In this document: positions 24,481 to 36,195 of the stretch, piece by piece
Layout of the letters: the number at the start of each line of letters is the position of its first letter
Position numbering within the stretch: the stretch's first letter is position 1
Origin: Nemertoderma westbladi
Taxonomy: Eukaryota; Animalia; Xenacoelomorpha
Direction of reading: 5' to 3'
Assembly: GCA_032718475.1 (NCBI GenBank)
Contig: JAUCBJ010006426.1
Span: 13,498 to 77,497 of the forward strand
DNA length: 64,000 nt
The notes under the pieces: model-generated
Seen by the model: the letters and a program-made list of their open reading frames with translations, nothing else
Databases searched by the model: none
Told to the model about the DNA's origin: nothing
Position numbers and translations under genes: made by a program

Positions 24481-27035
24481 TTAGCACCTGTATATATCAG
24501 GGTACTCAAAAATATTATTATACAGTTCAATGAACGAATTCTTCAGATGGCATCTTAGAAGTCTTTGTAAAATATGATCACTAATGTCCTTATTTGAGCA
24601 ATTTTTAGAAAACCACTCAATAATTGTCTTTAATTGGTCTATGGTTTGATGATCAGACGATTCTTTAAGACATTCTTGCGTATATGTAATTGGAACTGGC
24701 TCGCATTTCGGATTTTCTGATCCTGAAAATACAGCTTTGCAACAAGTTATTAAATTAGTGTAGCCATATTCTAAAAACATTCCAAAATGAGAACTCATTT
24801 CTCCACTTAGTCCAAGTGGATGACGTTTGTCGGGTATAAATTGCGAACTCATTACGAAATGAGAATTGTGTAATAATTTCCTAAATTCCAGTACCATTTT
24901 CGAAAGGTCTACATTTTTTTTTCTCAATATATCAGCTTTGTATGGATCCACTGTATATGATGCAATAAAGACACTGTCTCTCACTTCTGCAAGCGAGTTG
25001 ACAGTTCTGTAGTTTGTAATCCATCGTTTCCAAGATGGTAGACCCCCACTCGTATTCCTCTTAATTTTTTTGTGCACTTCTTCTAAAACATAATCTAGCC
25101 CCTGGCCTTTAAATGACAGACCCCGGGAGAAACCTTCATTTTCATACAGTCTTGAAATATACCCAGGTAGCTGCCACTTTTGTATGAAATAGTGTGTTAT
25201 AATTTTTCTGTAAATATGATTTGTGTGTGCAAAAAAGGTTGGTGCGAACTTGAATAAGAAAGTGTCAATTGCTTTAGAGTTGTTGCGTCGAATTCCAGAT
25301 TTAAATAAGTAGGCTGATAGTTAGGACCAATTGTCCAATCAAATAACATTTTTTGGGATGGATTCTGAATCTTGTTCGCCCATAGATAAAAATCATTTAT
25401 TGTAATATCTGTTGTCATTTTCTTTGCATATATTTCACTGATGGCCAACATCATTATCTCTTTCAAATTAGCAATTAATATTATATCGAATACTTCAGTC
25501 ATCTTGTGGTGATCATTTGCTTTTAAAAAGGCTGATTGAGCCTTGGTCGTTTTGTAATTAGCAATTTCGGTAGCAAACATCTGTAGGAATGGTGTCCAAA
25601 GAATCTTAGTTAAAGTTTTTATCATGTTCAAATGAATATGTCCAAGTCCAGGCTTTAATATAATTTGTGATGCCAGCTCCATATTTTTTTTTAGAATATC
25701 AATAGCCAGAGAATATGGCAAACCATCCATGACAACAACTAACCACTTTCGGTTTTCTGATAAAAAATGTAGGCATAATTTCTGTAGAGAATTTTCCACT
25801 GCCTCTGATGACCCTGGATCACCTGGAAATGGATCATGTATTCTAAACTGTATGTCACCATCTTTCTTATCGAAATTAATTGATGTGCCATCGATAAAAG
25901 GATATGTATCCATTACACGAACACCAGTAGACAATTTGTCAGAGGCAAGATAATCATCATGCAGTTCGTTTACAGAACAACCATTGGAAATAAATTCAGC
26001 CTTGACCTCTTTGAAAACCGAACTTAAGAATCTAAGTCTTGTTGCTGCCGCAAACTCATCCATCTTGTCAACTTCGCATGACAACAAACTATCGAAACTC
26101 CCACGGTCTATGAACTGAAGCGCAGTGAACTGTGTAGGTTGGATCGTATGGAACAGCATACTAGCAACACTAGTCGTTTTAGATATAGGAACTCCTTGGA
26201 ATATTACATGATAAGTTTTTAGATAATGTTGGTTGTTATCAATGACTACATGCAAATCACCAGGAGTTTCATAAGGAACTTCAAGTGCTTTCTTCATGAC
26301 CTGACCTTTTAGAAATGTGGTGCTTCCACTGGGAGAACCTAAACCTTGTAACATCGTTCCAATTTTACTACTGGAAAGCATATATGACACATACTTCTGC
26401 ATAAAAGTAACAGGACCAATAAATGAATTCATCAATAAAAAACATAGTTGTTCAACAGTTTTAATTATTTTGAATTTTATACTTTTTGTAGCTTGAATAT
26501 CAATTGATTCCACATCTGCCATGAAACAGCAAAACTCCAAAAGAGTGGGATCTACATGAGAAAAGAAATTATCGCCAATAATTTCTTCATGAAAACAACC
26601 TTTAAGGTTTGCTGCAGTTTTAATAATAGAGGTTTTTAGAGATTTAAGGTAGTCTTGAATGTTATCCTTCGAATGTGAATCATTCAGATGATATACAACT
26701 TCAACATTATCCTCTTCCATATTGCCACTTCCAATATAATCGTGCACAGTTGTTTCCTCAGTATATGTCCGTTTGGTTACTTGACTTACATGTTGAAGTA
26801 GGTTGTTTTCATTGAATTCAATTTTTGCAGAATGGTAACAAGAACGGCAAACATACCTGGTACTGGAAGGTCCCATACTTGATGTTGTTTTCTTTCTGAT
26901 GAATGCAACAACTGCGGCACTTACTTTTTTGCGTGCAGGATCAGTGCTCAGCAAGTCTGTAGTTTTATTACATGATCTTACCATGCATTTTGCCTTCCAA
27001 TGCCAACTGGATCCTTGAATAGGAGGTACTTCCAT
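24481..27035 (-). CDS. Academ-like DDE transposase (~850 aa; one frameshift near 25320)
   Basis: N-terminal CMVRSC...CRSC; candidate catalytic motifs VVIDNNQ and VVVMDGLPY, then PGLGHIHLN and DHHK; after the frameshift AYLFKSGIRRNN...KGQGLDYVLEEVHKKIKR; motif order matches the Academ/DUF6589-type DN..D..GxxH..DxxxE arrangement. Confidence 0.7.
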
Positions 27036-27180
27036 TTGAGATCAAATTATTTGATGTATTATAAGGTCTGAAGGTTAATGCATCAACTCTTACAATTATA
27101 ATTTAATTTAATCATTTATACGTAACATATACGTGTACACCACATCTGATCTGTGGTACGTACGTCATACGTATACACTA

Positions 27181-27653
27181 CAGTACATTCCTCATTCCGG
27201 GTGGTCCTCAAACCATTTTATAATGGCTGTCAATGGGAGGATTGAAAGGATTGAATGGCTAACTTCAAACCAAATTTTTTATAAAAATGATGGTTTGAAA
27301 CTTTCAATCCGCTCCAGGCGCCTGGTTTGAAAGGATTGAACATCCACATACATTCATTCATTCATACTTGAACATACATTTTTTTTAAAGGCTGTTACTT
27401 CTAAGTTAATTTGATTGATGAAGTCGGTTGGCTTTGTTTGTACAATTTCCGAATGTGGTTACAGACAACACATGCCCCAGGCTCCTTCCCACATACAGCG
27501 CCGATAATGGGATTGGATACAGGCAGCTCAGCATTAGGATTGAATATTCCAGACATACAAACCTGCAATTTTTTGTGGTTTGAAGTTGGATTGAACAGGA
27601 TTGAGGAATGACCCCCAGAATGAAGAAAACCACCCAGAATGAGGAATGTACTG
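27181..27653. mobile_element. Tc1/mariner-type MITE nested in the TIR element
   Basis: TA|CAGTACATTCCTCATTCCGGGTGGT ... ACCACCCAGAATGAGGAATGTACTG|TA. Confidence 0.8.
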
Positions 27654-28197
27654 TATACAGGATACCAGGTATATAAAATGATCCTGAGCTATTTATTATA
27701 GGCTTAGGCTGCTATGTGAATCTATGGATCCGGCCAGATAATAACTATTGATTCAATTTACCATTATTTTAATTAAATGAAATAATTAATATATTATCAG
27801 ACTAGAGCAAGACAAAAAAATTTACATTTATTCAATAAGGCAGTACAGTATGGTACAATACTGTGTAGTTCAGTCTAGTTATGCCATAATCAATCCCAAT
27901 CATTATTCATTATATTTCATTTTACCGGTAGTGGACTTCATAAATTTTTAATATATGTACACATACAGGCTGACTGACAGGTACCGCGTCATTAAGTCCT
28001 TTGGCCATTAGTTCCTGTGGCATTAGGTCCTGTGGTGTAATATCATGGTGTTGTTAAGGGAAAGGAACAGGTTACAGTGACATCATTCTAACCAAACAAT
28101 AAGTCAACCAAATGACGCTTTTTACCTTTACCGAAGATACTAGGCTGAAAGGATATATTTCAAGAGTGGATTAAATATACTGTAGTGCGAGTTAGGC

Positions 28198-28551
28198 TAG
28201 TTGCCTAAATAGGCATCACAAACCAATTTTTTGAGGTTCCCTATTTAGGCAACATGAGTGACATCTCCTCACAAAAAGACACCATTGCGTCCAGACAAAC
28301 AGGTAAATAAAATTGGTTCCAGTATCAATTACAGGTCTATATACCTTGTTGTATTTATTAAAGTAACAATATTCAGCGCCAAATTAATATCCTTATTTAA
28401 AAAAATATAATCTATAACTCTGACCGTCACATGTTGCTTAATTAGGCAGTAAAGATACATCACTATTACCTATAAAGGCAACACTACATTGTAAATGTTG
28501 CTTAAATAGGAAATGTCTATTGATGCCTATATAGGCAACTGTCCGTAACTG
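28198..28551 (-). repeat. Right TIR (~354 bp) with four perfect and two C>T-mutated CArG boxes
   Basis: Perfect boxes at 28204, 28240, 28469, 28526; mutated CTTAATTAGG at 28437 and CTTAAATAGG at 28501. Confidence 0.93.
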
Positions 28552-29424
28552 ATAGGTAATATGAATCCCATAACCTTCATCAATATATTATGGTATATAT
28601 CAGAAAAATTGGTATTAAAGCAAACATTGCCAGTAGCATTTCATTGCAATAAGTTATTTAAGTAGGCCTACTGGTACCAGTAGGCCTGGACTACCAGTAT
28701 TAAACCTTTGATATCTGAGGCATATCAGGGCATTGCATGTACTTACTAATATAAGTTAATGCAATGTCTAGTGATGGTCCAGATAATGTTCTTCTGAATT
28801 TTGTAAAAATAATTGAAAGTCAATCCTGATTATAAAAAAGTGTGAGTCAGTCAATCAACAGGTTGGTTTAGTAAAAAGTTGGCAAGTTAATGCTATAATG
28901 TTATATATATACCTAAAACTCTAAAAGAGATAAAACACTGATAGATAATTGATAATATAAAAAGGAAAGTACATGCACTGCTTAGTGTCACTGTCTTTAA
29001 ATGGTACCGGTACTAAAATTCTCATGCCCCCATCTCACATCTAGTAGCCAGTATTATTTGTCTTACAAATATGATTATTATATTTATTACCGGTATTTAC
29101 TGGGATATGGCTTCTTCAATCGCTATATATCTTTACAGTTTATAAAAGTAGAGTCCAGATATGATATAGTTTATTTTTTTTTTAGTTTTAGAGTTAAAGA
29201 AAGGGTATTTCCGCGTTTCAGCATCGGTGGCATCATTTTTTTTTGCTACAAAACAGGGCTCTCTGGGAAAAATCTCTCTCTCAAAATTCAGTTACTACAC
29301 GGAAAGGACTCAGACACTTTTGCCTAAATTTCCAGTCTCTACAGGAAAATACTGGGAACAATTTTTTAAATTTTTTATTTTTAGTTAAAGAAATTAGTAA
29401 TATTCAACTGGCAATGATGTACAT

Positions 29425-29990
29425 TAGGGTGAGGCTGGAGCCCCAACTTCTTCAGAATGGGCCTAGTATCAATCAAACCTCAATGGTCAATTTAGTGGGG
29501 GTAGAAACCCTCAAAACTAAAATAGAGTGAATATATATAGGACATAAACAGCAAATAATACATTTTATTTTAATTCAGCAAATCACTCACAGCTATACTA
29601 TCTATAATATAAATCATTAATGATTAGTAGTAGTAGTGTTATGCCAATTCAATATGATCTGAAAATTTAATGCCTATACCAACTCCTAAGAAGTTCAGAG
29701 AGTTAAGAACCAAGTTCTTTCATTTGGAGCTCTTTTGGATGATTGGCTGATTGGGCACACGTTTAGGGTCATTTTCACGTTCAGGTTCAATCTTTGCAAC
29801 TGAACTGAAATCACTTGCCAACTTCACACCTCCCTCTGCACTATCGTTTAATAACCTGAAATCTTCAACTGCTCTTTGAAATGCTAGATAAAAAATGTCA
29901 ATGGGCCATGGAATAACAGGTACTTGGATGAATGAAGAAGATTCTAGACCCATGATACTAAATTTCATGTACCTCTTTAAATTTTTTAAT
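29425..29990 (-). mobile_element. DNA transposon 3' fragment, probably hATm-like (transposase C-terminus plus terminus)
   Basis: ORF 29720-29968 W...Y......V....LNDSAEGGVKL resembles the VND.AERGVKL motif; candidate terminus TAGGGTG at 29425. Confidence 0.5.
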
Positions 29991-30784
29991 GGTCAATGAA
30001 TACTTTCGGCACTCATACCTAAATCCTTAAGCTTGTACAAATACGTAGACCTTACGTAGACCGTACATTTATGTAGAGCAATATTAATAATACACATTAT
30101 AATGTGTATCTATGAGTAAAATATCTGAAAATTGTTCATGTTTTTTTTCCTGTTTGGTCATTTATATATCTTACTATTTGTAGTATGTCATAGGCCTTTG
30201 ATTTTGGGTAACTTTGACTCCCCCCCCCCCCCCCCCAGATTTCCCTTCTTTCCTATTGCATTCTGAAAGATAAAACAAATTTACAGATGGTGATTCATCC
30301 AGGGTGAAACTTTTGTATAGTCCTGCATTTCGAATTTTATATAAAATCATTCCCCCCATGAAGTAGATGGTTCAGATATTCTTCATTTTCTATTCTTAAT
30401 TTTTTAGGTGACTTTCACTAAAGCTACTTTCAGAATGTTGCAAAAATGGTATCAAACAACAAACAAATCAGTGTTTAGTATGTTAAAAAAATGTATTCTG
30501 TAAAATATAATATGTGTATACAGAAACCTAGTAACATTGCCATTGTTTTCTTAGCAAAATAAAATTTTAGTAGCTTTCGTAAGCAACGGATGTGCAATGA
30601 AGCAACCTATGGATACAAACTTTTCCATAAACAAAGTGATTTAACTGTGTAAGTTAAAGTGTCTGTAAAAGTTACCCCCCCCCCCCCCCCCGTATCAGTA
30701 TACTTTACCATCATAACATTTCAGTTCCTATGTGCATACTCAGAATCCCCCTCAACCCCCAGCCCCCCCCCCCCCCCCACTTTA

Positions 30785-30960
30785 TTTAGTAGAAGCTGTG
30801 CATCTGCTAGCTTATTAGAGAGCAGGGCGATGTCATCCGCGAAGTCGGTGTGGTGTCTGTAACTTTAGTTGCTGGATATCTACTACTTCGTCGTTCTTGA
30901 AGTGTTAATCCCAGATCTTCACCCTTTGTGGCCGTCCTCATCCAGTATCCAGTACAATTA
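30785..30960 (-). mobile_element. Small RTE-like RT fragment
   Basis: Minus strand reads MRTATKGEDLGLTLQERRSSRYPATKVTD...DFADDIALLSNKLADAQLLL. Confidence 0.7.
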
Positions 30961-31029
30961 CAAATAGTAATGGTGCTAATGTATCACCTTGCAGTACGCC
31001 AGCCAGGATTGAGAACCGTGACATCCATG

Positions 31030-31781
31030 ATAATGGAAGTTACAGAGCGATATCCATAGCCCCCATTATCACGAAACTCTGGGAAATTATTGTAGTCGAT
31101 GAAATAAAGAAAATTAGAACCAATGACCTACAGATGGGTTATAAGTCTGGTTATGGAACAGATGTTCCATACTTAATGGCAAGCAAAATTATCAAACACT
31201 TTAATGCGCAAGGCTCAAATGTCTACATGGTGTCGCTTGATCTTACCGCTGCCTTTGACACTGTGTCATATAAAACTTTATTTGATAAATTAGAAGACAC
31301 AGACATAAACAAGTCCCTTCTGTTTTCGTTGGTATCATATTATAGGAAGTCGCATGGATATATAGCTATGAATGGACAAATAACTAGAAGTCCAATAAAA
31401 CTTGAATGTGGTGTTAGGCAAGGTGGTGTCCTCTCTGCACTAATTTTCAACATCTACCTTTCGGAGTTGTTCGAAGAACTAGAAAAATCAGGCTACGGGC
31501 TTTACCTTAATAAATCTGCCTTCCCTGGATTATCTTACGCTGACGATATTTTATTGCTTGCTAATTTAAAGGGAGATATACAATCATTATTAATGATATG
31601 CGAAGAATATTTTATAAAACATAATCTACGTCTGAATCAGAAAAAGACCTGGTATGTCGTGAGCCCAGCAACGCAAAGAGATAGAGCTGACATTAACCTT
31701 GGGAGCAATATCAGTTACAATGTTCATCTAAAGGATGGTACCAGACTTACGAGAACCCAATTCTGTACCTTCCTTGGTCTG
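31030..31781 (+). mobile_element. LINE reverse transcriptase fragment cut by the BEL LTR
   Basis: YRAISIAP, QMGYKSG, LDLTAAFDTV, GVRQGGVLS, YADD; the ORF runs into the LTR at 31782. Confidence 0.85.
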
Positions 31782-32681
31782 TGTACGCGCTTTTGAAGAC
31801 CTTTAGCAGTTTAACCCGCCAAAATTTATATGTCTTTTGGTTTATAAATATACTTTAGAAGATGACAAATATTTAATACCAATAAACACAACATTAGCAG
31901 AAGCCAGCCTAGTGCGTGTCCATTCACCCGCTGGATATTCCCGGGAGACTGGATTCTGAGGGCTTAGATTATTATTGCAGTGTAAGCTTACTGTACTGTA
32001 TTATTCGATTGATCGTTAATAATTAATTTCTGACTAATATTATTCACTTTCGGGAAATATTAACAGTTCCTTTAGGACGTGGCGCTCTATCTAAGTAAAC
32101 AGAGATATGACTTATACTAATCACAACGGTAAGTTGGTAAGGCTTAAGATTCACGTATGAGGCGCATTCTTTAGGAAATGCTTAGTTATCAGTCACAATC
32201 AGGCACACTACCGGTAACATACAATACTGCTCACTAATTTGCCGACCGTCAATGAATTTTATCATATATAAAGAGAACAGCAACGAATCATGTAGGGCTT
32301 ACCAAATAGCATTAAATTCACTACAAACCACAACAATATAAGTCGCAATCGCTATATATAACCCGTCTCTCTAACCTGTAGTGTATCAAGAAAATTGGGA
32401 AATTTGGGTTCTTTATATATGTTCTCCAAATAATGTTCAACCAAACACAATAGTAAACAGCAGTATAATAATGTATATTGAACCGATAATATAAAAATAG
32501 AAACCAGTTGATATGAATTGATATATGATGTGGACTGTTATGAACTGGTAACAGCTATACGCTCTATAATTTAAGCCTACTAATGTTTCTTCTAAAGTAT
32601 GAAACTAATTGATTCTAGAGCCGTTGTTCCTGGCCTAGATAGCAATAACAAAGTATCAAGAAAAAACAGTAAGACTGAACA
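31782..32681 (-). repeat. 3' LTR (~900 bp; inner boundary inferred)
   Basis: Minus strand reads TGTTCA...GTACA, preceded by a PPT-like AAGGAGAG (32682-32689); direct homology to the other LTR covers only 31782-32405. Confidence 0.7.
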
Positions 32682-33132
32682 CTCTCCTTATGATCGGCCG
32701 AAAAGCTACACGTCGACAGGAAAAATCGCTCTGATTGGCTCAAGCCAAACAAAGAACCATGCGTCCAATGGCTGTTTCCATGTCAGCAACCAGCTGTTAG
32801 ATGTCGTAATATGAATCATCACGGCTAAGCTGTGAAAGGTATTTGGTGCATTGCAGGTTTTTTGCCTTACCATGTCCGTTAAAACACGTATATAGCAGAA
32901 TGACTTTTATGTCCGTTAAAACACCGGTAACGGTACCTTGCGGGCGAGGGGAATATATATACAGTTAGAGAACCTTTTTTAGAGTATTCCAGCGCCTGGG
33001 GGAAACTGGATTGCGAAGCAAAAGGGCCAGTTATATCCCACAGAAGCTTTTACACCGCTCCCAGAAAATGGGATTTGAGTCTATACAATATACAAAATCA
33101 CAGTTTCTAATATACGTAAATACTCTAAACAG

Positions 33133-34908
33133 TTAGTCTTTCTTGCGCGGACGGCGTTTACGCAGTTTTTTAAAGCTAGCCAGAGTCCTTTTCTCTTTGG
33201 GGCGAGCCACTTTACAAGGAGGGCTATAACTCCTGGGTGAAGGGTGCAATATGATTGCATCAGAGGTTGTAGGATTATGGTCGGTGTATCCGCCAGTCGA
33301 AGTACCGGGTTGATTGACATCAACGTCAGGTGAGAGGGGTCTAACGGCTTTGAGAGCTCGTTTCAAGACAGCCGCTCTTACGGGTCCTTTACGAGTGGTC
33401 TGAACGAGGGCCGTGGGTGGACCATAGGCAGTTAGAAACTTCCGGGGTTTAATGGTCCTTTCCAACTCGCGTTCGCGGGCTCGGTATTCGTAAGGCCTTC
33501 GATGTACTTCCTGCAACTCGGGGTGTGAGTTAACAAACAAGTCTCCATAGTCCGGATCCTGACGGATATAATTGATTAAGTTATAGGAATGAAGGTCGCT
33601 AGGATTAACACTCCTGAGAAATTTGCGTACGAATTTAGTTGAAATACATTCTCCGACGCGCTTCAGTAGCTCGTAACTTGATATGCGTGATTTCTGTTCA
33701 ACAGAAGCGAATAGATAAGGATGGAACGCATAAACTCCTTCGTAAGCGCGTCCGGGATAATAGCGATGGCGCGAATCACAATGTAAATCAGCGTTCGCTT
33801 CCCAAGCTCTGATGTAACGCAGTGTGATCATTTCATCTACGCTTTCCAAATCGTGATTAAAAGGGCAGTCGAAACTAGCATGTCCCTTTAGTTGACAATG
33901 GTGACATTGAGTCATAAATTGAGGGCAAACCGCAAAGATATGTAAGTTATTGAGTCTGCAATATGCGCAATAAGTTTCCATAGTCGGTTGTTCTTGGAAA
34001 TAGGAACAGCGGACGTTGGTGTCCATGGGCGTATCGTGGTCTCTCGATGCGCATAACCGACAACGTTGCCTAGAAACATAGTTGGCATGTCGATAATCGT
34101 ACGCAGTGAGACACTGTGGACCTTGATACCATTCTATGATGTAATCGTTATCGCTGTTCCGGGGCGCGATAGGCTGAATCTCTTCAGATTCTAGACATAT
34201 TGGTTCGTCTTCCAAGTGCATAGCTGAAGTGGGCGCGTCTGTCTCTTCAGGTGAACCTATTGTCTGAATTTCCACGACAGAATAACCTGTGGGGATTCGA
34301 GGTCTTTGTATAACAGAGGAGTGCAAGTTCGATATACAAATCTCTTTGAAAATGGCGAATCCAGCGCTATCCAACTTCTCTGCAGCTGAGTTTCTTAGGC
34401 TGAGTTTGGTCAAAGCGCGGTCTTTAAATTGGCTATCCACGTTGCGGAACGGGGTTAAAAATCTCCGGAAACATTCGAAACGGATGAATTTATTATGTTC
34501 ATCTAGCTTAGCGAGTTTGGTCCCAAGTATTAATGGATGGGCGCGTATAGTACGACTGCACACATCGGCTAGCCAACCGGCAAGTGCGGTGTTTTCAAAG
34601 ATCGTGTATATAGCTAAGGAGGGACGGAGTGGAACACTCATGAAGCTATACACGGCGCCAGGTGCGGTCAATGGTCCATCAAAGTATAATCGAGAATAAT
34701 GGTCTCCGTATACCTGTTGATAGTTAATGGGATTTCCGACCTTGAAATTCCATCCGTATTCCTGAAAGGCAAGATGTCCGATGGAAGTTCGTTGCACCTT
34801 GGTAATGTTGCTAGACGTATTAGCATACATGGTGCGGAAGAAACCTCGACCTTCTGCCCAGGGAGCAATCAGCTGAGTATCAACGAAAGGGTATGGAATG
34901 TCCTCCAT
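33133..34908 (-). CDS. Extra BEL ORF of unknown function, 591 aa, with clustered Cys/His zinc knuckles and a basic C-terminus
   Basis: Open 591 codons; CRLC..DH..C, CAYC..LH..VC, CHHC.LKGHASFDC; KKLRKRRPRKK tail; no evident TM segment. Confidence 0.7.
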   Translation of the reverse strand: MEDIPYPFVDTQLIAPWAEGRGFFRTMYANTSSNITKVQRTSIGHLAFQEYGWNFKVGNPINYQQVYGDHYSRLYFDGPLTAPGAVYSFMSVPLRPSLAIYTIFENTALAGWLADVCSRTIRAHPLILGTKLAKLDEHNKFIRFECFRRFLTPFRNVDSQFKDRALTKLSLRNSAAEKLDSAGFAIFKEICISNLHSSVIQRPRIPTGYSVVEIQTIGSPEETDAPTSAMHLEDEPICLESEEIQPIAPRNSDNDYIIEWYQGPQCLTAYDYRHANYVSRQRCRLCASRDHDTPMDTNVRCSYFQEQPTMETYCAYCRLNNLHIFAVCPQFMTQCHHCQLKGHASFDCPFNHDLESVDEMITLRYIRAWEANADLHCDSRHRYYPGRAYEGVYAFHPYLFASVEQKSRISSYELLKRVGECISTKFVRKFLRSVNPSDLHSYNLINYIRQDPDYGDLFVNSHPELQEVHRRPYEYRARERELERTIKPRKFLTAYGPPTALVQTTRKGPVRAAVLKRALKAVRPLSPDVDVNQPGTSTGGYTDHNPTTSDAIILHPSPRSYSPPCKVARPKEKRTLASFKKLRKRRPRKKD

Positions 34909-35278
34909 ATTCCTGTAGGATGACTAATATGTTTTCCGCCATTGATGGTAGTGGTAGAGAGCAGGGGAAGGCCTATGTCGTATTCAGAAATATTCAGAAA
35001 TACGATCTCAGTAGGAGGATTCAATCATTAGGAGGATTCAATCATTCGAAGACTATCTCTAAATGAATTTATCCCTAGCGAGGAGGTAAATACCAGTTCA
35101 AGGATATGTTTGTCTCAGTTGTTCTACATAAGATTTATTTCTCCAATCATTGAGGGAGGTGAACAACCAGATTTATGACACATAATGGTACCAGTTGTTC
35201 ACAAACTATCCTCGTGTCCTTTCAGTCCTTGTTTGTATCACGGTTGCGGACTTAAGGAAATTATTGGTGGTTGATTTT

Positions 35279-35593
35279 CTAATCAACAACGCGAGGGTGG
35301 AAGTTGATATCATAAATATCAACAGAATGTGGAATGTGACATGGACGAGAGGTGCGGACACCAATATGAGCATACAAATAAACAGTAAGGGGTGGGGGAT
35401 TTATTAGGAGGCGGTATGATCCATACCACGATACGGCAATGATTGGTCGATCGTCTCCCAAAGCTCCGAGCACATTGGGAAGAGAAGGTGGGACGAAGTA
35501 TGCTATATTTTCGATAGCGATGTATAGAGGGATAAAGGGAGTAAAGAGGAGGGAGGATATATGGTAGTATCCATAAGATACCACAATGGACAT
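35279..35593 (-). CDS. Possible small extra ORF or exon in the BEL 3' region
   Basis: 104-codon ORF co-oriented with its neighbours; no recognisable domain. Confidence 0.25.
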   Translation of the reverse strand: MSIVVSYGYYHISSLLFTPFIPLYIAIENIAYFVPPSLPNVLGALGDDRPIIAVSWYGSYRLLINPPPLTVYLYAHIGVRTSRPCHIPHSVDIYDINFHPRVVD

Positions 35594-35817
35594 GTTTCCG
35601 TCACATCATCATTCATTCTTGCCCTTTAATTGTGATACTGATCACAATAATTACAGGAAAACGATGAAGGAAGAGAAATTACAGCCTCCCGAAGGAGACC
35701 GCCCGCGAGCACCCGTGCCCCGGGGAAAAACTATTCACATCATGGACCCTAGACATTAACCCATGTCTCTTCTCCAGTGTTCTCCTCTATTTGTCTTTAC
35801 AAGTTTTCTTCCGCGTT

Positions 35818-36195
35818 CTATCTTTCGAGTTGTTTTCGAATAGAATTCTCGCGTTCCATTCTCGGTTTATCGTTACGACTCCGCTGGGTATGATATTTAA
35901 ATAGAACCATTTCCCTTTCTGTATCTACATCGTCCGTATCATGTAAATCGATAGGGTGGCCGGTCTCTAGGAAGTCCATATACGTACCATTACGATTCGT
36001 ATAGCGAGTGGTGAATTTTCGATAGTCCAATTCATGCGCAAGTTGCTCTTGGGACATCGGCGGTTCGATATAACGACCATCGTCCTCCGTAATGGTTGGA
36101 TCGGCTTCACCGCGTATTAAGCTATCCACAAATGCTTGTAAAGGTAGAGTATATCGCTCCCTAATACCAAGATCATCTTCTATCAACTCCGTCAT
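35818..36195 (-). CDS. Possible small extra ORF or exon in the BEL 3' region
   Basis: 125-aa charged, protein-like ORF starting with ATG just after an acceptor-like ctcag. Confidence 0.4.
   Translation of the reverse strand: MTELIEDDLGIRERYTLPLQAFVDSLIRGEADPTITEDDGRYIEPPMSQEQLAHELDYRKFTTRYTNRNGTYMDFLETGHPIDLHDTDDVDTEREMVLFKYHTQRSRNDKPRMERENSIRKQLER

Larger units (their letters stand above)
16973..28551. mobile_element. 11.6-kb TIR DNA transposon (Academ-like transposase plus MADS-like/PHD protein), with a nested CRE retrotransposon and a MITE
   Basis: TIRs start CAGTTACGGACAGTTGCC; 5-bp TSD ATAGG at 16968-16972 and 28552-28556; single ATAGG at the empty site 61594-61598. Confidence 0.92.
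16872..29527. repeat. Host segment (16872-16972 plus 28552-29527) duplicated at 61502-62657; this copy is interrupted by the TIR element
   Basis: Near-identical sequence on both sides of the insertion is contiguous in the 61.5-62.7 kb copy. Confidence 0.9.

Noticed and set aside
16973-28551. Hybrid element that natively encodes both an RT and a DDE transposase
   Set aside because: The RT unit has its own poly-A tail, a putative TSD and distinct GC content, so it is a nested CRE insertion
32381-32388. LTR boundary at GTGTATCA
   Set aside because: Identity between the two LTRs continues 17 bp beyond it and no PPT is adjacent; 32681 fits better
33133-34908. env gene of a BEL retrovirus-like element
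   Set aside because: No signal peptide, furin-plus-fusion-peptide arrangement or TM anchor visible; zinc knuckles and a basic tail instead
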